From contig CP142730.1 in the NCBI GenBank assembly GCA_036630325.1, positions 868,001-932,000 of the forward strand: a DNA stretch of 64,000 nucleotides, in the 5' to 3' direction. Shown piece after piece: positions 1 through 11,848 of the stretch. The stretch's first letter is position 1; each line of letters opens with the position of its first letter. This stretch comes from Vairimorpha necatrix (lineage: Eukaryota). Position numbers and translations under genes: made by a program. The notes under the pieces were generated by a model. The model was given only the letters and a program-made list of their open reading frames with translations, was not told where the DNA came from and searched no databases.

Positions 1-1392
1 CTTTTAGATTTTTTCCATACAAATCCTCAAAAGATTTAAATAATTTATAATTGCAAATTTCATCATTCAAGAGAAGTTTTAGGTAAACTAAGAGAATTGG
101 GCATATCTTATGTTTTTTGCCTTCATATTCACCACAGCTTAATTCTATTAAAGAATTTTTTTCCATAATAAAATTGAGGTTTTGTGCTATACAAAAATCA
201 AATAATACTGTAGAAACTAATTTAGAACAAATGCTGAACAATGATTTTAGCTTATCGTGCAATAATTCTACACTAATATGGTAAGATGGCAAGGCAGAAA
301 AATGAGTTTGTCTAATTTTATGAGGTTGTTTATTATTTTACACATTATTCTATTAAAGGTTCATTATATTTCAAATTTTGGGTTTTTTGTTTTTTTTTTT
401 AAAAGTTGGTCTGTTAAAAAATGCAACCCCAATGTGAAATCACAAATGTATAATAGATTCACGAGTATGTCCTTGTAATATTAGCATTCTTTGTACAAAA
501 AACTTTGTTACATCGATTAAGATTCAAAAAAGCAAGAAAAGACAAATTGTTTAAACATTAATTGTTCGCAAAAAAAAATTAGTTGTATTCGATTTTCTTA
601 CTCGAAATTTCATTTTAAAATCTAAAAGCGGCAATGTACCATACCTTCTATATTATTTTGTCTTTTATGTTATCTTTTTATAATTTGTAAGACTTGTTAA
701 AAACCTTATATAATATTACATTTTGGTATTAACATTAAATGGTATAATAAGAGGTTGAGATTTGAATTATGTGAAATAAGTCCTTCCCCAATAATAAAGC
801 ATATAACTTAAATCTACAAATTTTAGATTAAATCATTTTGCCTTCTGTATCCTCATGGTTTAAAACTAAAATATAGAACTTATTTTCTATGTTCTACAGA
901 TGATAAATATTTTAATGTAAATGTATAAATATTATTGTTGTAAAAGCGCTTTATTTTGTTTTCGTCCTCTTCTCTTTGTATAAGATCGGGTTAATATATG
1001 TAGAAATAATCAAGCACTATAAATGCTCTGCATGAGTGCAAGGAACTACGACAAAATATTTTACAAATTGTTAATATTTTATTATTTATGTTTTACTAGG
1101 ATATCTTTATCTCTTTTAAAGTTGGATTTAGATTTTATAAATAATTATTGTTTACTAATGATTAAAATGTCTATGGGCTTTTAAGCAGAAACAGAGCCAA
1201 AACACAGACAAATCTTTGTGTTGCTTTTTACTGCGACCTCATAAATGGTTAGTTGAAACGAATATTGCTTAATGCTATCATATGCGAAGGGTCAAGGGAT
1301 GCAGTGCCCCTTTGAAGAAAAAGACTTGCTGCTGCCTTCTAACATATATTGACGATTAAGAGACTTTTAATTAACAAAAATAGAAAGGTTTA

Positions 1393-2240
1393 GGCTCTTT
1401 TTAAAAAATAGAGTAAAGAAATTAAGACAATAAAGAGAATATATATGAACTAGTAATGAAAAATCAAATTAAGCCCTGTAAAGCATGTAAATCTAAAATG
1501 AGATAACTAGTAAACATGGTTGTTTTTAACATTTTCGAAGAATAAATGCGAAAAGACATATTTCATTTGGCATGATACGTGCTTTGCTATTTCTAAACTC
1601 ATTCATATAACAATTTTACATGTACTTTATCTGTAAATTCCAAAATATCCCAGCAGGAATTTTTATAACTATATGAATATTAAAATAATTGAAAGAAATG
1701 AACATTTATGATAAGCATTTTTCTTCTGTGAAAAACACAGGCGGAAAAATAAAAGTGGGAATCGATACTAAATAATAGGAAAGAATGAGTAGGACAAACG
1801 TAAACTATTGAAAGGATTTTGTTGATTTGTTATTAGAACTTCATATGTAACGTAAAATAATACTAGTACATACAAAAATGGATTAAGCAACATTTTATTG
1901 TCTTTTCGAATATGTAAATCCATAAGGTATTAAACATAGAGATGATATGATGCTTATCGTCCTTTGGGTACAATATTTAACTAACTTCACATGATTAGCC
2001 AATTTTAAGTTTTAGATTCCAAAGACGGTAGTCTATATGTTTTATAGAAGATAATTGGCATTCCCTTAAAAATTCTATTACAAATATAAACAGTTCTGTC
2101 AATAGTTCATGATAAATTATTTAGGTACATGCTCCGTTATAATTTTCAACTTTGGTGTTTGACATCTTATTATTTATTTTATTCTACTTTTTATTTTTGT
2201 TCCTTCCTCAACATTTTCTTTACTCCATTTTTAAGGAGCC
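1393..2240 (+). mobile_element. Highly degenerate Merlin/ISXO2-like transposon relic
   Basis: Imperfect inverted ends: GGCTCTTTTTAAAAAATAGAGTAAAGAAA at 1393 versus reverse complement GGCTCCTTAAAAATGGAGTAAAGAAAA ending at 2240. Interior broken-frame segments resemble the 36334 element (tatgataagcattt, aaaggattttgttg, atagaagataattggcattccc = IEDNWHSL, compare IEGNWRSL). No TSD seen. Confidence 0.5.
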
Positions 2241-2527
2241 AAAAATCCATTTTTTAAATTTGTTAGCTATAATCTCTTTAGTCTAATAATTGGTATAGAC
2301 ATGACATCTAGTCGTTTTCCGATGGTATATTTACCCTTGTTTTTATGCTGTCTTTAAAGATAAATATTATTTGTAATTTTAAATATGTCTAAAGTTTATT
2401 AAAATAAATTTTATTATATGGTCTTCTTATTATATACTTCTCTGCTATATTTTGTCCTCCTTACTTGATTATCTTTCTTATTAAGTTGGTCTTATTTTTT
2501 TTATTATTTCCCCCCTTATAATAATAC

Positions 2528-3643
2528 ATGATTAATAATAAAAACATGTTTACATATAAAATCAGGAAGGTAGGAATACACAAAGATATGGAGAATATTG
2601 TACCAGTAGACCCTAGTAATATTTTCGAGTTTACTAGTAAGAAAAGAAAGATGATAAATTTTGATGAATTTATAAGTGGGCACAAGAGTAAAATAAACAA
2701 TAAGAAAAATGAACACAATAAAAACAATATCGGACTAAATATCAAGAATACTGGACTAAATATCAAGAATAATGGATTAAATATTATTAAGAGGAACAGT
2801 ACAAATAGTGAATTAGATATTATTAAAATTAGTAAGCCTAAGAGCAAATTAGACAAAAGCACCAGATCAACTAAGAGTCTTAAAACAGAAAAGAGTTCTA
2901 AATTAGACAAGCTTACCAAATTAACTAAAAGTCTCAATTTTACTAAGAGTCCTAAATTAGACAAAAGCATCAAAGTAGACAAGCTTATCAAATTAGATAA
3001 TAATAAATATGAACTAAATCTTAAGCCTAAGAAAATAAATAAACTAGATTTTACTAATACAAAATTAGACAAGATCAAAACAATTAGACAAAATTCGAGT
3101 AAACAAAATACTAACAAATTATGTATTGACAATTTAGATGAGTCCATTCCTATTAATGATAATAAGCCTGTAAAAGACAAGCCTTTTCTCGCTCTAAAAG
3201 ACTGTCAAAATGTCAATGATCTGATTCTCTATTTTACACTAAGAGACGACTCAGAATATTCCAAGAAATTAGCCAATATTTTAAAAGAAAACAAGACACT
3301 CTTCGTTGACACCTACGAGGAAGAAATAAAGAAAATAGAGACAGAAATAGAGAGAGTCGACACACAGAGAGACAAGTGGTGTAGAATGAAAGAGAAAGTA
3401 CTAAAAGAGAATGTTTACAATATCCCGACATATAATAAGGAAGAAGAAAAGGAAGAACAGAAAGAAGAAGAAGAATATGAAGAAATGAATAAGATTAAGT
3501 TTATAAAAGATAATATGAAGACTTATTTGTGTAATTTGACTGAGAGGATAAATGAGGCAGAGAAGAAGATCTTTAATTTGACTGCTAATGATCGAGAAAT
3601 GGACCCTTTAATTTTACTGAATGCTTTGACGAAATATAATTAG
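2528..3643 (+). CDS. Hypothetical Lys/Asn-rich protein with (S)KLDK repeats and C-terminal coiled coil; weak resemblance to kinetochore Dsn1/Mis13 C-terminus
   Basis: 371-aa ORF preceded by a C-run at 2510-2515. Repeats GLNIKN x3 and KLDK x5. C-terminal DPLILLNALTK. The family call is tentative. Confidence 0.8.
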   Translation: MINNKNMFTYKIRKVGIHKDMENIVPVDPSNIFEFTSKKRKMINFDEFISGHKSKINNKKNEHNKNNIGLNIKNTGLNIKNNGLNIIKRNSTNSELDIIKISKPKSKLDKSTRSTKSLKTEKSSKLDKLTKLTKSLNFTKSPKLDKSIKVDKLIKLDNNKYELNLKPKKINKLDFTNTKLDKIKTIRQNSSKQNTNKLCIDNLDESIPINDNKPVKDKPFLALKDCQNVNDLILYFTLRDDSEYSKKLANILKENKTLFVDTYEEEIKKIETEIERVDTQRDKWCRMKEKVLKENVYNIPTYNKEEEKEEQKEEEEYEEMNKIKFIKDNMKTYLCNLTERINEAEKKIFNLTANDREMDPLILLNALTKYN

Positions 3644-3864
3644 AATTTAAGAATAAATGTTTATGAATAAAAAATAATTTGTAAAGATATTTTCTAATAA
3701 AGTATTATATATTAGAGTAAACCATAAAAAAATATAATAATTATAATAAGATAAATTATATTTTAAAATACTTATTTATCACATCTTTACAACTTATTAA
3801 AATTATTTTTTGTTTATCTTGACTTTGTTTAGTTTTTGTTTGTCGTCTTTTGACCCCCCCCCAA

Positions 3865-4089
3865 ATGAATAATTCTAAGCAGAAAAAAGGCGGAATGTTT
3901 TCTTTCTTCACTCATGAAGTCTCTGGTGTAGTAAACTTCCTCCATAAATTATCATACCCGACTAAAGAGCAGTTTTTTACTTCTATCAAATTACAGGCTA
4001 TGGCTATAGGACTAGTGGGAGTAGTAGGCTATGTAATTAAGCTAGTACATATACCCATTAATAATATCTTAGTAAATAAACCCAATTAA
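3865..4089 (+). CDS. SEC61G: Protein transport protein Sec61 gamma subunit
   Basis: Motif P-x-K-E-Q-F ... AIGLVGVVGYVIKLVHIPINNILV is typical of Sec61-gamma/Sss1. True ATG at 3865 follows a C9 run. Confidence 0.93.
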   Translation: MNNSKQKKGGMFSFFTHEVSGVVNFLHKLSYPTKEQFFTSIKLQAMAIGLVGVVGYVIKLVHIPINNILVNKPN

Positions 4090-4194
4090 GATCAGAACAC
4101 AATCTTAAGATATAAAATAATATCAGAAATATAAATCTGACATATTTACTTTATTGTTTTATTCATTTTTTATTTGACTTATTCAATATTTTTG

Positions 4195-4797
4195 TTATTT
4201 TCTAAATTTGAGATATATTATAAGGAATATACTCACTACTCCTATGCTCTTCCATGACACCTCGTCTATAAATCCACTACAAACATCCCCAATAACTTCA
4301 AATATAACATTCGTATATTTAATGCTCCCATTATTAATCACACACTCCCATTTATTACAAATATCATTCAGCGCGGGAACCCTTGTGCTTTTACTGCACT
4401 TATTTATCTTATAATTAGTCAAGGCTTCTTCTATTAATTTATCTAACTCATATTTCTTTATACTGATCTTACGGAGAATATCCCTCTGGAGGAAGAAGAA
4501 CAACTGGAAGATCAAATATAAAATCAAGGAAGAAATAAAGACATCAGTAATACGGAACAAGTACTTATAGACCAAAAAGAAAGGCATACTCAAGGAGTAA
4601 GAAGGCTTACTAGTGTGAGTATGTAGAATATTAGTCTTCTCTGGCTCGGGAGTCTTGGGAATATATTTCATGATTTCTCTACAGTCCAAATCTACTCTGC
4701 TTCTCTTGTGGGGTGAAAGATATTCACACTGTCTCGGTCTCCTGGGCTGACTTACTTCCCACTTGAACTCATGTTCTACATCCATGGGAATATTCAT
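4195..4797 (-). CDS. Brr6/Brl1-family nuclear envelope protein
   Basis: Two TM segments flank YKINKC...RVPALNDICNKWEC, the Brr6-like cysteine domain signature. Start placed at CCCTT-ATG (4797) rather than 4830. Confidence 0.85.
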   Translation of the reverse strand: MNIPMDVEHEFKWEVSQPRRPRQCEYLSPHKRSRVDLDCREIMKYIPKTPEPEKTNILHTHTSKPSYSLSMPFFLVYKYLFRITDVFISSLILYLIFQLFFFLQRDILRKISIKKYELDKLIEEALTNYKINKCSKSTRVPALNDICNKWECVINNGSIKYTNVIFEVIGDVCSGFIDEVSWKSIGVVSIFLIIYLKFRK

Positions 4798-4833
4798 AAG
4801 GGTAAACAAATAACAAAAAAATAAAGACATCCC

Positions 4834-6534
4834 TTATAATTCCCTTAGTGCCATAGTGGCATAACAAGAAGAATTTAACTCAAAACTGATCACGAAGTCC
4901 GGGCCATCCTGCCAGCCTGTGACATTTCGCCCCTTCTCGAAGATCTTCCTTATTCCTCCCTTAAGGAGTTTATCATTCATTTTTCGTAACTCGAGTGTAT
5001 CTTTCAATAGGTCAATTTCACAACCTTGTAAACTTTGTTCTGCCTTTTTATTTTCTTTTGTACTTTGCTCAGTCACACTTTGTTCTTCGTCACATTCCTT
5101 TATACTTTGTTCAATTACATTTTGTTCAAATACACTTTGTTTGGTCTTGATTAATTCATTCACTTCTTTATTAAATAAATAACTCTGATAAGAATGTAAA
5201 TATATCATTCTTATTTCTCTTCTCATTCCAAATATAATCTTCTTATAATTCATTTCTTTCTGATTTATCAAATTCTTGAAGAAATATCTCTCCATATTAT
5301 CACATTTCTTGAGGCATTCCTCGTAATTTCCTTCTATAAAATCTTGATACCCCTTACTATTTCTCAATATCAAGTCTATTGCCTCTTTATACTCCTTATT
5401 GAGTATTTTCTCCCCGACTGCGTGGTTATTCCCGGCCTTGCCGAATCTCTGCTCCCCGTAATAATTTATAAATCCATTTTCAATATTTTTATATTTCAAA
5501 CTTGTTCTATTTTTTATTCTGATCGTAAATTTGTTGCCTTTTAAATCTCCTAATTTTATAGAGTGGCCTCTTGTTATATCGTATATTCCTATACCAGAAT
5601 GATTATAAGTAGATTTGTGTCTTTTAGTTTCTTCCTCGTCATTGTAGACTTGTAATTCTTCTTCATTTATTTCTATGCCTTCTATAAATTTGTATATCTT
5701 AATATTCTTGAGATCTTCCTGTGTGCAGTCTGTGTACTCATATGCGAAATCCAGGAGAGTGTTAATATTGCACTTACAGCTGACTTTTTGATATGTCACT
5801 GCCTTCTTGTCTTTATTACCTGCAAAAGACACAGATGTGCCGAGATTTCTCTCTATCATCTTGCAGGCGTCTACTGTGTTCATCATGACTTTCTTTAGAG
5901 TAAAGTTGTAAGTATTAGACAAGGATTTCTTGATGATTAATTTGTCGTCTATTGTTTTTGTAGTGACTGATAAATTAAAATTTAACTCTTTATGAATTTT
6001 AGTTCTTAGATCTTTAGACTTGATATTAAGAGGAGTAAACTTTAAATTTTCATATTCTGATTTAAGACTTTTTATATGATCTTCTATAATATACGTATTG
6101 TCATTTGTATTGTAGACTTTGTTTATATCGTGCATTTCAGTTGAAATGTGATTTGCATTGTACTCTTCATTTGTATTAATGTCTTCATTTGTATTGTGCA
6201 CTTTGTTGGTATTAAATTTCTTGCCGTTCAGCTGGCTCGTGTCAGTGTGTATATTGTCTTTTGGATTATCATTCGGCTTTTTCATATATTTATTTTCATA
6301 TTGGCGAATCCATTCTTCAATTTCTTCTTCTGTTCTCTCTTCTTTATATAAATATATGAGCATCCTTATTGATTTAATATACCTCTCCAAATTGATAATT
6401 GGTTCAACACCACATACATATCCATCACTAAAAATCTCTTGTACTATAAAATCTTCAGGAGAATCTTTAATTATTAATTCTTTGTCGTCCCTGTCATCAT
6501 TAAAAAAATATTTCATTTCTAATGGATAATTCAT
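4834..6534 (-). CDS. PUS7: tRNA pseudouridine synthase TruD/Pus7 family
   Basis: IK..PEDFIVQE, FAGNKDKKAVTYQ (catalytic Asp), LGDLKGNKFTI, GFINYYGEQRFG, YLHSYQSYLFN, YATMALREL. CCC-ATG start. Confidence 0.96.
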   Translation of the reverse strand: MNYPLEMKYFFNDDRDDKELIIKDSPEDFIVQEIFSDGYVCGVEPIINLERYIKSIRMLIYLYKEERTEEEIEEWIRQYENKYMKKPNDNPKDNIHTDTSQLNGKKFNTNKVHNTNEDINTNEEYNANHISTEMHDINKVYNTNDNTYIIEDHIKSLKSEYENLKFTPLNIKSKDLRTKIHKELNFNLSVTTKTIDDKLIIKKSLSNTYNFTLKKVMMNTVDACKMIERNLGTSVSFAGNKDKKAVTYQKVSCKCNINTLLDFAYEYTDCTQEDLKNIKIYKFIEGIEINEEELQVYNDEEETKRHKSTYNHSGIGIYDITRGHSIKLGDLKGNKFTIRIKNRTSLKYKNIENGFINYYGEQRFGKAGNNHAVGEKILNKEYKEAIDLILRNSKGYQDFIEGNYEECLKKCDNMERYFFKNLINQKEMNYKKIIFGMRREIRMIYLHSYQSYLFNKEVNELIKTKQSVFEQNVIEQSIKECDEEQSVTEQSTKENKKAEQSLQGCEIDLLKDTLELRKMNDKLLKGGIRKIFEKGRNVTGWQDGPDFVISFELNSSCYATMALREL

Positions 6535-6829
6535 GGGTTAATAAAATCATGTAAAAAATTGAAAAATGAGCGCTTAAATAGTTTTTTTTTGTAATTTGTT
6601 TGTAAAAACAAACAAACTCATAATACTTTAGAATTAACTTTAAATTTTTTTAAGAAGTAATTGGTAACAAGTCTGTTTATTAGAAATGCATTGATTTACT
6701 AAACATATAAAGAATTATTTTTAATAAGCTTATGTCTATTAAGATTATTATAGCATAAATAAAATAATATTTAACTATGAATGCTTTTTAGAAATAATAT
6801 TAAATTATGAATATTATAAAATATTTAAA

Positions 6830-7312
6830 TTAATAAACTTTAATAAATGGCTCATATCCTACTTTGACTGGTTTATTCTCATCTAAATTGAGTATAAATT
6901 CATCTCTTGGCCCTTCTTCTTTCTGTCTAATATATTCAGGCTTAATTCCCTTTTCTCTTGCTTCTTTCAATATCTCGTTATTTTTATTAACTCTCTCCAA
7001 AAATGCGTCTCTTCCTTTATATTTCTTCAAGTGTTCTACCCTGACGAAGATTGTTTTAACTGACAATCTTCCGTTTACTTTTTTATGTAAAACAACTCCT
7101 ACTGATTTAGGGTTAACAGTGAAGACTCTACCAGTTCTGCCATGGTAATATTTAAAAGGCATGCCTTTGTGGATAGATGGGTTTATACTGATAGTTACGT
7201 AGTCGCCTATTCTGTAAGTGGCTAGGTATACGCTTAATCCTGGTGTGCCGTGTTTACGAAAGGGTTGTTTTAAAAGTTGACGAGTTTTTCTTCTGTAACC
7301 ACCTGCAGACAT
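6830..7312 (-). CDS. RPL21: 60S ribosomal protein L21 (eL21)
   Basis: [34 protein letters not shown]-run before ATG. Confidence 0.97.
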   Translation of the reverse strand: MSAGGYRRKTRQLLKQPFRKHGTPGLSVYLATYRIGDYVTISINPSIHKGMPFKYYHGRTGRVFTVNPKSVGVVLHKKVNGRLSVKTIFVRVEHLKKYKGRDAFLERVNKNNEILKEAREKGIKPEYIRQKEEGPRDEFILNLDENKPVKVGYEPFIKVY

Positions 7313-7531
7313 TTTAGGGGGGAAAATTTTAAAAAATAAAAAAACAAGAAAATGACATTATTTTAAAGAGTAAATTTTATAAAATAGATTCGGCTTTTGT
7401 AAAATTAAATCTTTTTTAATAAAAATTGTTTGTTAATTATATAATTAATTCAACTTCTTAAAAATCAAATTTAAATAAAATAATTCTTCTTTTATTGTGG
7501 TCTTTAAATAATTTATTTTTCTTCCTTAGGG

Positions 7532-7726
7532 ATGAAATCCAGAGACATTCCAAATTTAAATAAATTATTAAATAAAAATATCTCAGTGCAGACCAGTCAA
7601 GATAAGAAATATGAAGGGATTTTAAAAGGACATGATGCTTTCATGAATGTAGTCATAGATGATGGGAACTACAGACATGTAATTATTAGAGGAGACAATA
7701 TCATAAATATTAAACCCAGAGAATAA
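7532..7726 (+). CDS. Sm-fold snRNP protein, most like SmG
   Basis: Sm1 motif GILKGHDAFMNVVID and Sm2 motif VIIRGDNI. P-x-L-x-K N-terminus as in SmG. GGG immediately before ATG. Confidence 0.85.
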   Translation: MKSRDIPNLNKLLNKNISVQTSQDKKYEGILKGHDAFMNVVIDDGNYRHVIIRGDNIINIKPRE

Positions 7727-7804
7727 ATTTCATATTTTATAAAATTGTGTGCTCAAATATTTTTTTGTTTTTTTAAGTGTGCTTTCTTTCTTAATTTTTT
7801 TTAT

Positions 7805-7811
7805 CCCCTAA
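7805..7811 (+). promoter_or_regulatory. Microsporidian CCC-type start-proximal motif (representative)
   Basis: CCC/GGG lies within ~15 bp upstream of the ATG of almost every gene in the window, after an AT-rich tract. This is an established microsporidian signal. Confidence 0.8.
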
Positions 7812-8381
7812 ATGGCCAACCAATTTTCCAAAAGATTAGTCCACAAGCCCCGTAATCCTTTTGAAAAGGACAGACTTATAAAAGAAATGCAAATAGTCGG
7901 CAAATTTGGGCTAAAAAATAAACATGAACTTAGACTTGTAGAGAAAAACTTCTCCAATGACAAGAAAGAAGCCCGTCTACTCTTAACTTCCAATAAAGTA
8001 GAAGACATCAGCATAAACTCAAGGAATCTCTTAGACAAATTATGCACTGCTGGTATTCTCAATGGTATCGACTTGACTTCTAAAGAAGAAATCCTTAATG
8101 GTCTTAACAGTATCTTAGACTTGACCATTGACAGTTACTTAGAGAGAACTTTACAATACAAAGTTTACTCTTCAGGATTGGCCAAGTCAGTTCATCATTC
8201 AAGATGGTTAATCACCAAGGGACAGATCAGTATACAAGGAGTAGTAATCAAGAGACCAAACTATGTAGTAAAAGCAGAAGAAGAAGCTTTTATAGAATTG
8301 ACTCCTTACTCATGGTCTAATAATACTAAAATAACTAAGAGTCAAAAGAAGAAAGCAGCTAAGACTGATGAAGAAGAATAA
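7812..8381 (+). CDS. RPS9: 40S ribosomal protein S9 (uS4)
   Basis: [11 protein letters not shown]....[15 protein letters not shown]...[15 protein letters not shown]4 domain. CCCC before ATG. Confidence 0.97.
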
Positions 8382-9119
8382 ACTAAATTTATGCTAAAAA
8401 AAAATTATTTATACTTTTAAAAAATAATTTGTTTGTTTTATATACAAAAAGAAACAAACTGTATTTAAAAATATACATTTATATAACAAAATTAAAATAA
8501 CAATTTATCATTCTTACTAATATTCTTTATTATGTAAAATTTTTAACTGCTCGATCTTAACGTTAGAGAAAAAAAAGGAAGATATAAAAAGAATTAATTA
8601 TTTATCATCTCCATCTTATTTGCAAGATTATAGTCTGATTTTCACTTTTATATTGATTTTATGGCTAAATTAGTTGTAAACTTTGTTTGCTTCTTTTGAA
8701 ACTATAATCGAACTTTACTCATATTTTTATGTTCGTTTCCAGCTGTAGTATATGTTTAAATGTGCAAAGTAAACTTAGCTACTTAAAAATTCCGAAAAAT
8801 TAAAAGAACTAAATTAAATGAGACATAATTAAGTCAAGGCCATTTAAGTCTAGTTCAATATGTACTCTGTCTACGGTAACATTTTACCACTTGTTTTATG
8901 TGTAGTTACATTTAAGCAAAAATATTTTACACAATATATTTTCTGAGCAGATTATCAACAAACTTTGTTTTTAATCAGAATAGTGTCCTCCATAATTATA
9001 TATTTTTCTACGACGATTACACTGTCATTTGTTTGTATAACATTTATTTGGCCTTATATTTCATTTGACAATGCTTTTACATTATTTTATTGAATAAATT
9101 TTTTTTTTCAATCGAGTAT

Positions 9120-9312
9120 ATATATTAATTCAAATATTAGTTTTTTTAAGACGCTAGAGAACATCTCCTTTGAGGACCGGGAGAGATTCGCCGAGGAGGT
9201 ATCTAAAACTAAGAACATAATAGAAGCAGCTAGAAGGTGGTGTGACCAGATATGATGCGCGGCAGTGGAGGTAAACTGAAGAAAAAAAATCAAATTGGAC
9301 CTTCAATAAATA
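9120..9312 (+). mobile_element. Possible 3' remnant of a restriction-like-endonuclease non-LTR retrotransposon
   Basis: GC-richer island reading YINSNISFFKTLENISFEDRER. This recalls the C-terminal YIQS.VLKKTLESISFDRR tail of microsporidian RLE-type LINE ORFs (from memory). AATAAA follows at ~9305. Confidence 0.35.
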
Positions 9313-10529
9313 ATTCTTTTAATTAGTTGCATTTCAATGGTAAATGGCCGTGACATAGATTTAAATTTGTACACAATATAAATATAAAAATTTATACTCG
9401 ATTCTCTTTAGGCATATGTCTTCAAATTTATTAACGTTTGCAAGTTAAAGAAACAAGAAAAAAATTTAAAAGTTTCGTGCCCAATAGAAATGCATTATTT
9501 ATTGTTTTAGATTACTGTGTAAATTTTTTATCCATTTTGTACAATTAATTGGATTAAAAAAATATAAAGCCACTCAATGGAAGCACGTAATTTTAATACC
9601 TCTATTTGGTTTGTTTTTTATTTTAACACAAAACTAAATCATTGGTTGTATGTTGATATTTTTAAGGCGTTGTTTATCTAAAATTCGTGTTTGTTTTTAT
9701 TCGCGTCTTTTGTTGCATAGGATTACCTTAAAGATACTTTACTTCTTTTAAGAGTTGTTAAATCTAAAATGCCTTTAAAATATAATAAAATTCCTAATAC
9801 CATATCAATGATAGAATAGATGCGAAATTATACAATTAGAAAATTTAAGAAAAGTACAAGAAAATACTTAATTATATTAGTAAAAGAAACGCTTTTTAGT
9901 AGCATTCATTAATAAAATATTTTAAATAAAATCTAATTGTTTTTTTGGCGTTTGATAAGTATTATATGTCTTTTACGTTTATTAGCTTGGCATTCTTAGA
10001 TCTAGCTATAAATAAAATTTTCATGTATTTATATATCTTGAGGGGCTCATAGTAGAATTTAAGCATGTTATATCTTCATGTGTTACTGATGTATTTTTGT
10101 AAGATTCTATAACTTTCAACTGCCAGTTTTTAATATAATTTTTTAAATTTACATAATTGTGATTTTTTAATGTTTATATTGATTTTCACGCCGGCGGTTT
10201 TTTTTAGATATGCCACAATATTTTAAAACAAAAATTAGAATTCTTTTTAACATTTGCAAATTAAAAATGTAGTTTACAACCTTTAAGTGCCATTTAAAAA
10301 CATACATAAATAGAAATTATTAATATTACACATGCAAACTATTTTACAACGCCATATTATTCAAATAATAAAAAATATCACAAATTATAACTGTGAGCAT
10401 ATTAATTTATGTCTACTATTCGAAATCTTAAATTAAAGTATAGCATTTGATTTAATATAGAATTATTACTACTCAGTCTTTTACTTTTTTGAGAAATTTA
10501 TTCTTCATTTAAAAATTTTCATTTTTACA

Positions 10530-10998
10530 GGGGTTTGAATCGTTATAGTGCCATGTTTGAATTTCTATATTGTCATAAAATTTAAATTGTTAAAATTAAT
10601 AAACAAGTTTATTGAATAAAGTCTTCTCTCGCTTTTGCCTTTTATAATCAGCCTATCATATTTATTAAATACACAGGACATATGCAGCTATAATCTAAAC
10701 TCAAAACATTATCATGACTTGCTCCAATTAAACTATTTGAAGAATGAAAAGATGAAAATCTTGCTCGAGAACTGAAAAGAATTCTTCGATGGGATTTAAT
10801 TGCGGAGAATAAGGAGGCAAAAATAAGATAGGCTTGTTAGAAAAAGCAGGAGCGAGAGTATCCTTTATTTAATAATTTTGTTACTTTATTTTAAAAATTT
10901 AAATTTTATAGCACTATAGAAATTTAAACATAGCACTATAAAAATTCATCATGGCACTATAACGATTCAAACGTGGCACTATTACGATTCAAAGCCCC
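10530..10998. mobile_element. Non-autonomous fold-back/MITE-like element
   Basis: GGGGTTTGAATCGTTATAGTGCCA at 10530 is inverted to TGGCACTATTACGATTCAAAGCCCC ending 10998. Imperfect arms extend ~130 bp. Four 21-22 bp tandem subterminal units (GCACTAT core) at ~10909-10994. Absent from the paralogous site near 26200. Confidence 0.7.
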
Positions 10999-11011
10999 AT
11001 ATAACAAAAAA

Positions 11012-11848
11012 GGCTAAACGGACCAATAAACCCCCCCCTCTGAGGGTGTTCACTTTATTTTTTCGAACCCCAAAATTGAAGTGCAAAATAAGGGAGGAGC
11101 AAAGAAGAGACAAAAATTACTAAGCACTTATGATATTAAAAATAAGAATTAAACACATTTTTATGTACATAATTATATTTTAATTTAAGTTTGTACATTC
11201 ATATTCATTGATAAGCATTTTTTACCCTTCTGATTTATTGGAATTGGGAACCAAAACGCTCTCCTCTGAGGGTGTTCACTTTATTATTTTGAACCCCAAA
11301 AACGAAGTGCAAAATAAAGGAGAAGCAATCATTAGTACTCAAATTACTTGCATCTATAAACAGTAAAAATACCAAATAAATATATATTCGTATACGAAAT
11401 TATATTTAAAAAAAGAATATAACCATAAAACTATATAATTCTAAATAACTTAACATATTTAAATTAAATTTTTTGATTTAACAATCTGTATAGATCGTTG
11501 AACATTTATTTATATTTTCTTATATAAATAATATTTATAATTTTAATTGTTGATTTATTATTAAAGTAGATTTTCTTCAAAAATCTACTTTCATAATAAA
11601 CCAACAATTAAAAAAAATTGAAAAAATAAGAAGGGCGAAAAAGACACAATACTTCAAATGATTATTATAACTACATTTAAAATTAATTTTTGTATACAAG
11701 CATATATTTATTTGTTATTTTTAATGTCATAAGTGCTTAGTAATTTTTGTCTCTTCTTTGCTCCTCCTTTATTTTGCACTTCAATTTTGGGGTTCGAAAA
11801 AATAAAGTGAACACCCTCAGAGGGGGGGGTCTTTCGGATCCCAGCTCC
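11012..11848. mobile_element. MITE with long inverted repeats, Merlin-type ends
   Basis: Near-perfect inverted arms ~11031-11145 and ~11715-11829 (CCCCCCCCTCTGAGGGTGTTCACTTTATT...). GG...CC termini. 8-bp direct repeat ACAAAAAA at 11004-11011 and 11849-11856. A third diverged arm copy starts ~11260. Confidence 0.8.

Noticed and set aside
2461-3180. 239-aa Leu-rich minus-strand ORF
   Set aside because: Antisense shadow of the Lys-rich repeat gene at 2528-3643. No independent start signal.
7808-8128. Short antisense ORFs over RPS9, RPL21, Pus7, the Gypsy ORFs, the helicase and RPA2
   Set aside because: They fully overlap well-supported genes on the opposite strand and have shadow-frame composition.
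10909-10994. 21-22 bp repeats as a CRISPR-like array
   Set aside because: Contiguous tandem units without unique spacers, no cas genes, eukaryotic context. They are subterminal repeats of a fold-back element.
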